Shown here piece by piece: positions 11,631 to 25,860 of a stretch of 64,000 nt of DNA. Under the pieces are notes generated by a model. That model saw only the letters and a list, made by a program, of their open reading frames with translations. It made no database searches and had not been told where the DNA came from. The position numbers and the translations under genes are program-made. This DNA is from Octopus sinensis. Its lineage: Eukaryota. Every line of letters begins with the position of its first letter. Position 1 is the stretch's first letter. The stretch is taken from the NCBI RefSeq assembly GCF_006345805.1, contig NC_043008.1, positions 76,942,001 through 77,006,000 of the forward strand. The letters run 5' to 3'.

Positions 11631-14250
11631 TAGTGCTATATTCAAACGCCACCGTCAACTTCATTGTCATCAAAAAGTCATGCTTGTCTTTTGATTCTTC
11701 TCAACTCTGAAGTAATTCGTAAAGCAAATGTATAATAAGTCAGGAATGTTTTAATGTTAGAAAAAAAAAAACAGTCTTCTGCTGTGTTTTAGACTCTGGG
11801 TTTATCATAGTTCACCTGCCAAATTTGACAATGACCTAGGCAGATGCTAAACTAGCGCAATTTTTTTTGTTTTTCTCTTGGTGTGAGAAACAACCATGCG
11901 TACATCATACTCACTGTCTCTTTCCTTCCACGCAATATACTCAATACCAATATAATGTTAAGGCAACTGAGCTGGTATGAGAATGCAGGAAATTGGTTGA
12001 AGAGATCTTCAGATCTCGTTATACCATCTAACTTGATGTGTGTCCTGACCACGAAGCATTGTTTGTATCTTTTTTATCTTTAGGCACTCCGAAAAGAGAT
12101 AGAGAACCCTTCTAAGACCAGGCTTTATATGAAAGAATCAAAAGCTGTTCCAAAACACGCTTGAACCTAAAAGAACCTAAAATCCAGGGTCTGTATAATT
12201 ACCAAACGCGAGATATTTTCATCGTGTCCATATTTAACAAAGTACATCTCAGCGAGAATTAAAAATAACCCACTGAACAGACCATAATCTATTCCAGTGA
12301 TGTTTTATGAAATTATCGTACGCGTAAAAGTGTACATATATTTAGTCTGTAGTTAATTATCCCCTCGGTCGCTGGGTTTTATAGGGATAATATATTATCA
12401 ATTTAAAAAAAACAACAAAAAAAAAGCAACAAATCAAGTGCCTGATAAGTTTTTACATTATTTCTTCAGTCACAACAACCTGAAAATAATCAGTTAGCAC
12501 AACATTGTAGTTAAAAATTTCATCGCTTTCTGTAACCCTGATCACGAACCTACTCAGACATTATATTGCATCCACATCTTATCGAATTACTTAATATTTT
12601 AAAGTTCAAGTTTAAACATTAATGTTGTGCCTTCGAGTCTTTGATGATGTGAGTATGTATAGCTGAAGGGATATTTCAATGGCATTTATTTGTGGAATAG
12701 TGTGAAATTAATGCATCTATTGAATTAGATAAATTGTAGGGAAGACTTGGTGTTGATTATAACAAATTTTATTACTAACGATATTGCTAAAAATGTATTA
12801 CATAAGCAACAAAAATGCGACCAATAAACAAATATTCCAAAATAACATAGTACATTACAATGAAACGTTGGAGAAAAGGAAATACCAAGAAAAAAAAACA
12901 CAAAAATAGATTGCAAAAGAAATATCTAAATAGCAAAAACAGAAATTGGTATAATACGTCATCTAACAACGCAAATGTTAATTCAAGAGCATATATAATT
13001 TTCTTTTTGAAATAAATGCGTAAGCACTTTCACCCATTCTGTAGAGACAAGTAATAAGAACACAGTTAAATTCTTCAATTCAATTACATTCAACTTTGCC
13101 CATATACTTAGTCCCACTGACACCTACGAAAAAATAAAGCCAGCAACTAGCCACACCAATCAAAGTTGCGTCCGTACAAACTAATCAAAATGCCAACTAG
13201 AAACAAATTGTTTAACGAAGAAAATAGCATAAATGGAAGATTCAAACAAACAATACATCTAAAATAAATAAAGGATTAACAGCAATTTTTTTCAAAATTT
13301 GCTAAAACCAGCACCAAATTTAACCCACAATTTACCTAGTCAATAATTTCTCTAATATTACACCATTCGGAAAATAATTGTCGTTATAAAGCATTAAAAA
13401 ATTCATATACACATACTCGCATCATCAAAAATTCTTAGGTACAATATTTAAATTTAAATTTGAGCTTTAGAATTGGGAATTAAATTTAAAATTTAATATG
13501 AACTAACCATACAGACCATACAAACTTTAGTGAACCTTAAAATGAAATAGTGAGGAAGAAAGTGATAGCAAAATCACCAGCATTTATGAGTATGAGAAAT
13601 GAAGAAGACTTTCTAAAAAGGAAGTCATTGCTTGAATATAAAAGATCTGTTGAAGAGATTAATAACATTTATTAACTTTTTTAAATCTTTAATAGTTCCT
13701 TTTAGGTTATAAATTCCACATTGGATATCATTCATATCATTTAATATAAGTTTAATGTTATTCTAGTAAGATTTTTAAAGCTTATAAATTTATAATTCTA
13801 AACACAAATGTAGAGTACATATTTCTGACCAACATAAAAAAAGAAAGAAACAAAGAAACAAACAAACAAAGAAAAAAGAAGAAAGACTAATAACGGGAGA
13901 ATATTAAAATCTATTGAACACAAGAAAATAAATCGCCTGAATTTAATTACACCCTTCTATTTCTGTTGTCACTGAAAGTATCCCTTCTTTGCCTATTGTT
14001 CGATACACAGTTCCTCACACTTTAAAACTCCTCCAACTCACTCGATCTGCTTACATCAGTTTTGTTCAGATTTTGTATTGCAAACTAAAAATGGGAACAA
14101 GAGAGAGTATTTGTTTAATACTTGGGGAACTCTTATATAAACGTATTCGAAACAATTAACTTTCAATTAATGCAGAGTATCTAACTCATTCTGCTTATCA
14201 GCGTTGAGTATTTAATTCGTGGCCTGTTTTCCCATTAAATGAGGACAAAC

Positions 14251-14251
14251 A

Positions 14252-14338
<87 letters not shown>

Positions 14339-14339
14339 A

Positions 14340-14374
<35 letters not shown>

Positions 14375-14375
14375 A
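14251..14375. repeat. (ATCT)n microsatellite
   Basis: Direct reading. Confidence 0.95.
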
Positions 14376-14536
14376 TTAGTCTGACTCTCTCACACACACA
14401 CTTTCGTTCACTCTCTCCCTCCCTCGCTCTCTCTCTCTCTCGCTCTCTCTCTGTATATATATATGTTTGTGTGTGTGAGAGTGTGTGTATTTGTGAATGT
14501 GTATATATATATATATATATATGTATCTATGTATGC

Positions 14537-14824
14537 ATATATAAATTAGAGAAAAACCACTATTATGTAATTCAAACAATGATAGACATAAACCATATTT
14601 TTTCTATATGATAGAAATAATAAAATATATTATAAAACATATATCTAGATCACAAAAGTACAAAAAAAATGAATAAATATTATATAATATTTATTCATTT
14701 TTTTTGTACTTTTTGTGATCTAGATATATGTTTTATAATATATTTTATTTTTTTCTATATGAAATGGTTTGTGTCTATCATTGTTTGAATTGCATAATAG
14801 TGGTTTTTCTCTAATTTATATATA
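14537..14824. repeat. Near-perfect spacerless palindrome with ~145-bp arms, flanked by TA-rich sequence
   Basis: The left arm ataaattagagaaaaaccactattatg..gaataaatatta is mirrored by taatatttattc..cataatagtggtttttctctaatttat. The centre is at 14683/14684. Confidence 0.9.
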
Positions 14825-14898
14825 TTATATATTTATATTGGGAAATTTGATTTTATACTAAATTGAAATTTTCTCTGTAAGTTTGGAGTTATACTCCC

Positions 14899-14957
<59 letters not shown>

Positions 14958-15089
14958 CATATATAACTTTTTGTTAATAAAACCCAGGGTCCGTTGCATT
15001 CCATTAATAAGTAAGTGAAAAAATGTATTGTAAGTGCCCAAACAGAAACATACAAAAAATAGCATGCGTTTACTATACATTTTTTCACT

Positions 15090-15420
15090 TAAAGGGTTAA
15101 TGATCCTCTTCGGTCATGAGTAACCGTAGAAATGAACCTACAAACTTCCCTTGTGAGGGACAAGTTCGGGCAAGCAGTCACCCATGCATACCAGCCTCCC
15201 CTTTCCACGCGTCCGATGTTATCCAAGGGAAAGGCAAAGGCCGATACAGATTGGCACAAGTGATGTCGCAACTCATTTCTACAGCTGAGTGAAGTGGATG
15301 GAGCAACATGAAATAACGTATCTTGCTCAAGAACACAACACACAGCCCAGTCCGGGAATCGAACTCACTACCTCATAATTGTGAGCCCGACACTCTAACC
15401 ACCTAGTCATGTGCCTTCAC
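15090..15420 (-). mobile_element. tRNA-derived SINE family C
   Basis: Minus-strand head with A-box-like TAGGTGGTTAGAG and B-box GAGTTCGATTCCC, followed by TGTGTTCTTGAGCAAG. A partial relative lies at about 2915-3010. Confidence 0.7.
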
Positions 15421-15752
15421 CATTTATAAATATATAAATATATATATATTTAAACACATAAGAGATGGCCATAATAGGACATCTGACTCACTAGAAAGAG
15501 CAGTTAAACTCCAAACCACTAATAGTTGTAATTCTGAAATGGAAAGAGAAGTAAAAACGTTTACCCTATCATTTCTGGACTATGCATAGTTTCGGCAATC
15601 TTTTGTAAATAAAATAAAATCATTTTAATTTACGATTGGCGTTGCCATCTTCAGCAGAAAGCCAAGGCTAGCATATAGGCACGAGGCGATAAGGACCATG
15701 CCTCGAGTCTATATGGTATAACTTTTCAAAATCCACCACGCTCGCGTGGTTT

Positions 15753-15794
<42 letters not shown>

Positions 15795-16380
15795 ATTCAG
15801 TTGAAATAGGCACTTAAGTCAGTCCGGTATTATCCGCACAGCTCGAAGTAAGATGAATAAAATCAAAATAAGCAACAGGATATCAAGTAGTAATACAGTA
15901 CAACCATTTCGAGCGGTTCCATTTAATTGAACATTCAGTCATTACATCGATTTAAATGCAGTGCTTACAAACATAAATAGCTAGTAAAGTGCCCTTATTC
16001 TTAGCCATTTCCAAGAGAAGGTTCGTTTTGCTGCATCAGTTTGTCTTCTCAGCTAGGTTACGTGTATCTCAGGTGTTTATGACCGTCTTTGCAGGTCATG
16101 ATCATAATGTGTCTCAAATGTTTCACCATAGGATGCATGTAGTTTTTTTTAATACATTTATTTGTCTTGGGGATTATGTCCCTACCACTCATCCGTATAA
16201 TATAGCAAATGATACTATTCCATGGTATACTCGTGCTCACCGATACACATTTGTTGTTTCACAGTCTCTCAGTCTTCCTGCTATCCAGTGCGAAACTGTG
16301 CCAATCATCATTATCAACCTATCTATCATAATACTTGCTTTCATACACGTTCATGATAGATTTTAAAAACGTCATGTGTA

Positions 16381-16592
16381 CACAGGAGGTGCTGAAAAGT
16401 TTCTGGCTTTGAATAAAAGCAAATACAGGAGGATTAGTTAATTATGATTTTATACAACATATTCCCCTCTCAGATTCACATACTTATTGCCGCGGTCCTT
16501 CAGTTTTTCTAAGATCTGTAAAAGAACTCAGAAGGTTGGGTCCCCAACAAGACCTTTCGCGACACGCCAGGAACTTCTCAGCAACCCTCGTG
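16381..16592. mobile_element. Mariner-derived MITE with ~27-bp terminal inverted repeats (TIRs) and TA target-site duplication (TSD)
   Basis: TA|CACAGGAGGTGCTGAAAAGTTTCTGGC at the left end and GCCAGGAACTTCTCAGCAACCCTCGTG|TA at the right end. Confidence 0.8.
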
Positions 16593-16670
16593 TATATATA
16601 TAAATATGTGTGTGTATATATATAAATATGTGTGTGTATGCATGTATACATACATGCATACATACATACA

Positions 16671-16704
<34 letters not shown>

Positions 16705-18073
16705 CATACATACATACATACGTATATACATACACACATGCGTTCACGTGTATGTGTATATGTATGCGTGCATTATGTATGTGTAAACCGCTACTTGCGT
16801 GTGCTTGTGTTTGTGTATGTATGTGTACACGTTTTCCGTTTTTAAACAAAACCAGTCATTCAAAGTTGTGTTTACAGAACAGGAAATGTCTGTATTATAG
16901 TTCATTGTATCATACAAACTAATGTTAAAGAAAACAACTGATTATTATTATTACTGTTATTATTGTTGCTGCTGCTGCACGGATCTTTGAAACATATAGT
17001 CTCTTTCCTTGTTTGGCTCATTGTTTATTGTGCAGTTATTGCTCCCAGCTATTTTTCTTCATTTTTTTTCCCACAATACTTCTATTTTCAATTTATTTCT
17101 GCTTATTTTATCTTTGTAGTTTCTGATATAAAACTACATAAACTACATCATTTATAATAATTGTGTATTTATTATAATTCTGATTCCAGAAGAAAGAGGT
17201 AGGGATAGTAATGTCATACTTGGTTTAGGAAGTATTTCTAGAACCGGTAAACTAATGCCGGTCTATGATATCATAAGCCTGATAGGTCATGCAGACTTCA
17301 TGAGTCGGCGCTCACTGAGACACGTCAAAAAGACCTGATGAAATTAGTGATGATCTGTATCGTTAAATAGAGAAATCTTACAGAAGAATAAATTCATACT
17401 GTGATGAAGGGAAGTCAACAGTTTCATTTCTTCAACGACAAAGCAATTTATTCCTCATTGTAAAGTTTTTGTATCAAATCCAGTTATGTTATTTGGATTA
17501 ATATGTCAGCTTTCAATTAGTACAGGAAGTGAATGGCTCACCATTCAAACACAGGTGCTCCATTACATTTAAATATTTGTATAAATACCTGCTTTAGCGT
17601 ATGATGGTAGTAGTAATAATAGTAGTGAGGTAGTGTTGCTATTGTTATTGTTACTGATGATGATGATGGTGGTGGGCAAAATTCATTATTAGTCTGGGTT
17701 CATTTCAGATTGAAAAAAGGAAAAGAGTAGATTCGCCCTCGTAACTAGTATTCTATTGAACCTGAATGGTTGAATGGAAAAGTCGACCACCGTGGAAAAG
17801 TCTGAAAACCGGAAGGAATATCGCAAGGATTTCCCCCTGACGTCTTTACACTCACGCGTGCGCACGCTCGCACAGACACACATATATAAATATTCATACA
17901 GACACTCACGCACACATATACACATATATGCGTATATAAGTATGTTTATGTGTGTGTGTATATATGTATATACATATTTTATATATATATATATATATAT
18001 AAAGCATATTACTCTACCCCTGGTATTTGAGTACTCTTTTTTCCACCTTGTTTCACATTTATGTGTTTACTCC

Positions 18074-18114
<41 letters not shown>

Positions 18115-18120
<6 letters not shown>

Positions 18121-18331
18121 TTTTATTCTTTTATTCGTTTACTTGTTTCAATCATTTGACTGCGACTATGCTAGAGCACCGCCTTTAGTCGAACAAATCG
18201 ACCCTAGAATTTATTCTTTGTAAACCTAGTACTTATTCTATCGGTTCTATTGCCAAACTGTTACGGGGACGTAAACACACCAACATCAGTTGTCAAGCCA
18301 TGATGGGAGTGGAAAAACATAGACACACAAG

Positions 18332-18378
<47 letters not shown>

Positions 18379-18538
18379 TCGACGGGCTTCTTTCAGCTTC
18401 CGTCTACCAAATCCACTCATAAGGCTTTGGTCGGCCCGAGGCTATAGTAGAAGACATTTGCCCAAGGTGCCACGCAGTGGGTCTGTACCCGGAACTGAGT
18501 GGCTGGGAAACAAGCGTCTTACCACACAGCTACTCCTG

Positions 18539-18540
<2 letters not shown>
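18115..18540 (-). mobile_element. SINE family B copy
   Basis: Collinear with 2085-2715 and 37625-38045, with an internal (TA)n. Confidence 0.8.
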
Positions 18541-18602
<62 letters not shown>

Positions 18603-19330
18603 ATATATATATATATTTACTTGTATGCATTTACTTATATACGTATATGCGTATGTATGTATGTATGTATGTATGTATATAAATGCCTGATAGCATTTAT
18701 ACACATCTATTTACATAATGAATTTCAAAATATTTATTCCGCCCATAAAATGTACGAAAATAACGGTAATTTGGAACTGCTGGAGGTTGAAGGTTGCTTA
18801 GTTTTCTGCTTACTTAGAGTCAGAATGGTTTTAATTGTTATTTTAATGGGTTAAATTTAGATTAACTTTTAAAGTTAGAAATTGCAAAAACTGGTTGAAT
18901 ATTCTGTTATTATACAGATTCCAAGGAAATCAAATTAATTTTACAAGTTCACTCTTTGTTGACGTTTAAGAGTAGCAGTTGTCTATATCAGTATAGTGAC
19001 TGGTGGAAAGCTGATTTGCATTATCCGTTTAACATCCACCTGATCCTCAACAACCTTCAGTAGAGAGCCAGTTTGAAGCTGGTATTTGGGCCAAGTTTCC
19101 ACCCTGTGATATGTCATTGTCTGGCAACCGATGAATTATGCTTTCTTCCTTCCCTCTTACTCCACCTGGGATCGACAAGGTCATATAATTACTCAACAAT
19201 TGACTAAGTTATGAAAAAGTTTCAAAAAGTGACATTTAACTCTCAAATAGCTCGATCTGACAAATCAAAGGCATGGCATGTAGGTACTGCTCCTCTTTGC
19301 AGTCAATGAAATTAATATTTGGTTAGTTTA

Positions 19331-19550
19331 AGGCGGCGAGATGGCAGAATCGTTAGCACGCTGGGCAGAACATTTAGCGTCATTTCGTCCGTCTTTATGT
19401 TCTGAGTCCAAATTCTGCTGAGGTCGATTTTGCCATTTATCCTTTCGGGGTCGATAAAATAAGTACTAGCTGAGCACTGGAGTCGATGTAATTGACTTAC
19501 TTTTCCCGCGAAATTGCTGACCTTATGCCAAAATCTGAAACCAATATTTG
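19331..19550 (+). mobile_element. tRNA-derived SINE family A
   Basis: GGCGGCGAGATGGCAGAATCGTTAGCACG..GAGTCCAAATTC..GTCGAT..CCTTTCGGGGTCGATAAA, repeated many times in the window. Confidence 0.85.
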
Positions 19551-20029
19551 GTTCACTTGCAGCGCCGAGTCCAGATCCTTATATTACTGAGTAACATTGT
19601 AAAACCATTGACACCATACCACTGGTTATCTTATGTTTTTCAACATCACCCTAACGTAGAGTTTATATTAACCCACTTTAAAGCGATGGATAATGTAATT
19701 AAGGTGTTGATGAAACCGTTCTAAATATTTCTAAAAGAGAACATTGATTGTTGGAAAAAATTTCATAATTTTATGAAGCTGCTATTATAGATGGAGCAGC
19801 GGACTAAGTATATCATAACATTTACTTCTTGCTATTTGCCAGAATCGTCTAAAACTTTCATTTTCCCAGTGTGAAAAAGAAAAGTAATGGTTAAATACTG
19901 GCAATGCTAAATAAGCCAACAGTGCACCTTTCTTCTATAATTGTACTTGTGAGAGGAATCAATATTATGGTACAACCTCCCACCCACCCACCATCAACCA
20001 TCATCATCATCATCCCCATTATCATCATT

Positions 20030-20225
20030 ATTAGCATGCTGGACAAAATACTTAGTGGCATTTCGTTTGTCTCTACGTTCCGAGGCCAAATTCCGCCACG
20101 GGCGGCTCTACCTTTCATCCTTTCAAGGTCGATAAATTAAGTAACAGTTGAACACTAGGGTCGATATGATCGACTTACCCACTTCCCGTGAAATTACTGG
20201 CCTTGTACCAAAAAGTTGAAACCAT
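20030..20225 (+). mobile_element. SINE family A copy (5'-degenerate)
   Basis: Homology to 19331-19550. Confidence 0.75.
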
Positions 20226-20235
20226 TATTATTATT

Positions 20236-20272
<37 letters not shown>

Positions 20273-20279
20273 GTTGTTG

Positions 20280-20324
<45 letters not shown>

Positions 20325-20344
20325 TATTATTATTATTATTATTG

Positions 20345-20780
20345 AGTAAGAGAGCAGTGCAGAGATACTGTGGTAAAATATACGAGGCCCAGTGTACCCA
20401 TCATGACTACCCGTCTGATAAGGGTACACCAAGGACATGCGCGACATGGTGATTTCATATCAAGATAAACAGCGCATGACCTTACAGGTGGAGCCCAGTT
20501 AGAATTTTCTTCAGGTCGAATAGCCCATCCCCCTCAAATGGTCCTTGAATAAGGATTATTTAAGGATGTCGAACGAAACATCCATGTTTCCAGAGGTGAA
20601 TTATTCAAATTCCAAAGAATTCCTCTCAACATGTAGTTATGACGCTCCCTCACTACTTCTGCTCATGATCAGAGATGCACATATCATCAGCCACCAAAGG
20701 ACATGCTCAACTGGTTAACGTCAAGCAACTGACAAGCAAATCTGAGATATTGAGCAGAATATTTGCTGTAGCCCATCTTT
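20345..20780 (-). mobile_element. Unclassified interspersed repeat ending in (TAA)n on the minus strand
   Basis: A GC-balanced block without a convincing ORF, between (ATT)n and an R4/Dong RT remnant. Confidence 0.35.
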
Positions 20781-20789
20781 TATACCAAG

Positions 20790-22150
20790 ACAAAATAATG
20801 TACATGATAACACTTCCAATCAGTTAAGATCAGAAGCCATGAGAGCCAGTGCCCGTTAAAGCTGTACATTTCCTCTGCTATGAGGCCAGTTAATAATTTT
20901 CTAAATAATGGTAAGCATGTAATAACTCTATAATTACTGACTTCACCTCTTTTCTTTGTTCTTCTTTTCTTTTGTAATGTTGATGTTCCTTTTTTTTCCA
21001 TAAACAGCATGCTATGTTGAACATCTTTGCTCCAAATTCCCGACCAAAAGTTTCTTCCAATTTCAGCAGCCGATACATCATTTCCCGATTCATCATTTCC
21101 CTGATGTTCCTCCTCATTGTTCGGTTGTTGGTAAGTTCCTTTCATTGTTTCTTTAGAGCCGGTTTTGCTGATATTGTTTTATTCTTTGTTGGTATATTTG
21201 TTTTTAACCTGACACTGTTTTGATCTTCTGCCACCAGTAATTATTTGTATCTAATGTACTTTCTTTGCAAATCGATCGTGTGTCTTTCCTACAGATTTTT
21301 TTCTGTCGTTGCATTTATCCTTCCTAGATCGTTATTGTTCTGTCCAAATCGGTTCTGATATCTTCATTCCTACAATGGAACTTCCTCCTGCGTTTCTTTC
21401 ACTTTTAACCCCAAGCATTTGCACAGCAACAGACAATGCGCAGTACATGAGGGTGTTTAGACTTGCTGCAGCATAAATTTTCGTTAACAGCTCGTAGATC
21501 TTGTTTACTACTTTACGTGGCTTTCCTCTTTCAATTCCTCTCAGATTTTGTAGTCGCTTTCGTTAGTTTGTGTCTCATTTAAGCGGTGTAGTAAATTTTT
21601 TTCTCTCCTGTAAAATTCTTTCCTTCCATAAATTATAATTTCTTTTCATCTGGACTGTTATTTCTCTTTTGAGGTTTATTGGCCTCTCTGCTTGTTCTTG
21701 TTCCATCGCGTTTACTTGTTCTATATAGTCACCTTTTTCATCTTTTATTGTTGTGGAGAGATCCTTCAGTTCCAACTGGAATAACCACTGTCTTTCACCA
21801 TTAGGTTTAGGGAACATATCTTTCTCTATCTGTATTATATACATTCTTTTCCCATTTTGATAGGCTCGCTCTAGTAACAGCATTCTATTATAATCCTATT
21901 GTCATTTGAGACCATCTTCTCCTAAACTTTACGGTACTATTTGGATAACAACCAGGCCCATCTTGCTGTATACTGTCACACATGCAGTACGAGAGACCTC
22001 TACCCGGTCATTCATGAATGCATTTGTAAGAATACTTCTTATTTGGCATAACATGAATAGAGGGGACTGTGCCGTTTGTGGTATATCCGTCCCTATAGCG
22101 GTGATCTCTATCAATTTGTGTTCTCAGGGTTTCATTATAAATATTACAGG
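20790..22150 (-). mobile_element. Decayed R4/Dong-like element, N-terminal region to start of RT
   Basis: KFRRRWSQ, ERQWLFQLELKDL, NFWSGIWSKDVQH and SNYRVITCLPLFRKLLTGLI motifs across frameshifts. Confidence 0.7.
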
Positions 22151-22777
22151 CATCGTATGCCGCTAATGACATCATCGGCAGCAATAATACTAAGAGTACA
22201 TCCGCCAGCTTTTGTTTTTTGTCCTGAATGGGGACCAAACAGAAAGAAAAAATACTCTCTTCGTGGAGCATGGTCTGTGGAATTTTCAGTATAGTCCCCG
22301 ACAGCCCAACTTTTGTGGATATTGACCTGATATCGTCAACAGCACCCCCCTACACCACAACCATACTGATGTAGTTTTACACATCCTACCATAGTGGTAG
22401 TAGTGGACAGGCAAACAAAGTGTTGGGATTGATGAGATAAAAAAGAAGGAAAAGGAAAGAAAACGCGGGAATTATGGGTGTTATTACTAGATTGAGTGTC
22501 GCTACAACCGCATAGCGGAGGTTGTGGTGAAAGGTGGTTTGAATGGACGCGTAGATCGCCCATTCAGAGTTTTTGCTCTGGATCTAAGGAAACAAAACCA
22601 ACAAAAACATCGACAAGAAAGAGGCCTAGGTGAAAAATAGTTCGAGAGAAACAATGATAAAACGCGAAGTAATACAGTTGTGAGTCAAGCGACATCAAAC
22701 AATTGAGTTACAATGAAAAAATAGGAAGTATAAGATGTTATTAGTTTCTTTTCCCTCATCATCATCATCATTTTCTT

Positions 22778-22814
<37 letters not shown>

Positions 22815-22854
<40 letters not shown>

Positions 22855-24541
22855 TTTTTTTTTCTTCTTTCAAATTTTCTTCCATTTCTTGCCGAGTGTC
22901 TTCCCGACTCCTAGGGCAAAGAAACTCATAGTGTATATTGGTAGGCCATTAAACCAAACTCAGTAGTTCGTTCATTTTTTTTTTTTTTTTTAAAGTTAAA
23001 TTAAAATACATGAGCAGCAACAGTTCTCACATCGACAATGCTCTTCTCAATACGTGTGATGTACCAGTTAAGACAATCTTTTGCACTTCTTGCAGGGATG
23101 GTAAGCCAGGGATCATTCTCATATAATTTTCGGTTCCCTTCTTGATCATTCCTAGTGCTCCTACGATCACTGGTATTGTAACCGCCTTGAGATGCCACAT
23201 TTTCTCAATTTCAATGAGTGGGGTCTTTATATTTTCTGAGCTTGTCAAACTCTTTCGCTGAGATATTATGATCACAGGGGATGCTCATGTCGATCAATAA
23301 GCAAACTTTATTGTTTTGGTCTTTCACAAACAATATCTGGTTTATTGGCCTTGATGGTTCGGTCTGTATGTACTGGAAAGTCCCACAGAATCGTTACATT
23401 TTCTCCTTCAGTTACAGCCTCAGGGGGGTAATTATACCACTTGTCGGCAGTTTTGATATTGTAATGCCGACTTATTAGCCAGTGTAGATATTGGCCAACT
23501 CTGTCATGTCTTAATTTATACTCCACTGGTGCTAAGACTTTACATCCAGAGATTAGGTGGTCCACTGTTTCAATCATGTCGTTGCAGAATCGGCATTTTG
23601 GGTCTGCTCCATTTTCATCACATTGGCCTGGTAGTTCCGGGTTAATAGGCTTTGGTCTTGAGCAGCCAGGATGAAACCTTCGCTCTCTGCTTTTAGCCCT
23701 GAGCTCCGCAGCCACTGATGGGTTGCTTCTGGTCAACATCAGCTTGTTTGCTGCGGGTCACATATTTGCCGTGCAGAGGTTTCTCCTCCCACCTATCAGC
23801 CAATTGCTCGTGCGCTTTTTTCATTGCCATCATTTTCACCTTCTTTGCAACAATAGTTGCCGTACTTCCCTCGGGTCGTTCAGTTTGGGTATCCTGCACG
23901 AGATCAATAGCAAATTTTTTGCTTTCCTTGATGATAGAATGAAGCTTCTTTCGTCTCTCGTAATTTTCCACGAGCTTTAGCATCCAGTCATTCGATATTT
24001 CGAGATATTTGGCCAGTCCAATTGTGGTTGTTTTGTAAGCTAGTTCAAATTGGATCAGGCCTCGACCTCCTTGGGCTCTGGGAAGGTAAAGGCGATCTAC
24101 GTCTGCCTTTGGGTGGTGCATCCTATTACAACTCAGCAGCTTGCGTATTTTTCTATCTATATTCTTTACTTCACTCATATTCCAGTTCAACACATTGTAG
24201 CTATAAGTAACAACTGGAACTGCTAAGGAATTTATAGCTAACACCTTGTTACGTGCATTTAGTTCAGATTTCAGGACTGCACGAACTCTCCTATAACATT
24301 CCTTCCTGATTTTCTCTTTCATGCTTGCATGCTGAATACCAGAGCCTTCATTTATCCCTAAATATTTGTATGTCTGTTCTTGCTCAAGCTCTCTTATGAC
24401 TGTGTCAACATCTAACACGACTGAATTTGTGGTCTTCACTTTCCCTTTCTGGAAAGTGGCCTTGGCACACTTCTCAAGTCCAAACTCCATCCCGATGTCA
24501 TCGCTGAATGCTTTCACGGTGCGCAATAGGCCTTCAAGTTC
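22815..24541 (-). mobile_element. 5'-truncated R4/Dong non-LTR retrotransposon (RT 3' half, CCHC, RLE, 3' UTR) embedded in (TAA)n
   Basis: FSDDIGMEFGLEKCA..YKYLGI..HHPKADVDRLYLPRAQGGRGL, CRFCNDMIETVDHLISGC..EYKLRHD, TDRTIKANKPDI and EVQKIVLTGTSHVLRRALSM*. TAA repeats lie on both sides. Confidence 0.92.
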
Positions 24542-24649
24542 ATTTATTATTATATTATTATTATTATTATATTATCATTATTATCATTATTATTATTATT
24601 ATCATTATTATTTCTGTTGTTATTATTATCAAGACGACGAGCTGTCTTA

Positions 24650-24840
24650 GTCATTAGCACGCTGACAACATGTTTAGCAGCATTTCTTCCGGGTTGATGT
24701 TTCGAGTTCAAATTCCACCGAAGTCGACTTTCTTTCTCATCCTTTCGATAAAATAAGTACCAGTTGAGCACTGAGGCCAATGTAAATGACTTACCCACTC
24801 CCCAAAGTTGCTGGCCTTGTCCCAAAGTTTGAAACCATTA
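24650..24840 (+). mobile_element. SINE family A copy
   Basis: Homology to 19331-19550. Confidence 0.75.
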
Positions 24841-25649
24841 TTATTCACTGTTCGTTTCTGGAATCGAAGCTTTTATTTTATTTATTTCCTTGACAAAATG
24901 GTGTTCAGTCAAACTTATTCACAAGCAGATAACGCCGAAATATTTGGTGTCTACTTATACAAGATTTGGACAAAGAGCTTTACTGATTTTATAAAAGAAA
25001 TTTTATTTCTGCGCATTGTATACGCATATATAATTGGCCATGAATATTCCGAGCCACACCAACAAAAGAAAACTAATAGAAAATAAAATAACACGAACAG
25101 AAAACAAACAGAAGAAAATAGTAATTGAAATACATAGCATAATATTAATGTTAGACGTGTTAATGTTGAAATATTAAGAACACAATATTTCAAATGCCAC
25201 ACATGCCAGTTTGAAATACCTCGTGCGGAAATGTTAACAACAACAGAAATTACATTAATCAACAACAGCAAGGACATCAAAGCTGACACGTGCATATGCT
25301 CTTTGCCAAGCGAAAACATTTTCAATATTTCCACAAATTTGCATCTTAGCGTAACCTTGTACATTGTAGTAAACAACACAGAATATTTACCAAAGAAAGA
25401 GACAATGTGAAAAATACGCTTCGTAAAACGTCGTTCTGACAACTACATACAGGGGAGTACAAAGAAAAATATTATTTATCTCTCATCTTTTAAAAATGGA
25501 GGGTCTCTCAAATGTCCCCAAAATAATAGGAGAGCTGTCATGTCCTGCCAGAACCTATGATACTGTCTACGTCGCATTTGAGAGCGATAACACAATCCTG
25601 AACCAGGCTGAAAAAGTAATGCACAAGTAACCTGTACTTTTGTACCTAT

Positions 25650-25860
25650 TTATTGGTTTCAAATTTTGGCACAAAGCCAGCATTTTCGAGAAGTGGGAAA
25701 GTCGTTTACATCGACCCTAGTGCTCAACTGATACATACTTCCCCACCCCGAAAGGATGAAAGGCAAAGTCGAACTCAGCAGAATTTGAACTCAGAACGTA
25801 AAGACGTATGATATACTGCTAAGCATTTTCCCGGCATGCTAATAATTCTGCCAATTTACC
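25650..25860 (-). mobile_element. SINE family A copy
   Basis: Reverse-complement homology to 19331-19550. Confidence 0.75.

Noticed and set aside
17335-17430. CCTGATGAA and GTGATGAAGG motifs
   Set aside because: No stem II followed by GAAA was found.
24951-25442. 163-aa hydrophobic ORF on the minus strand
   Set aside because: It has a non-ATG start and no recognisable motif or splice support, and its F/L/I/V bias is expected from T-rich DNA.
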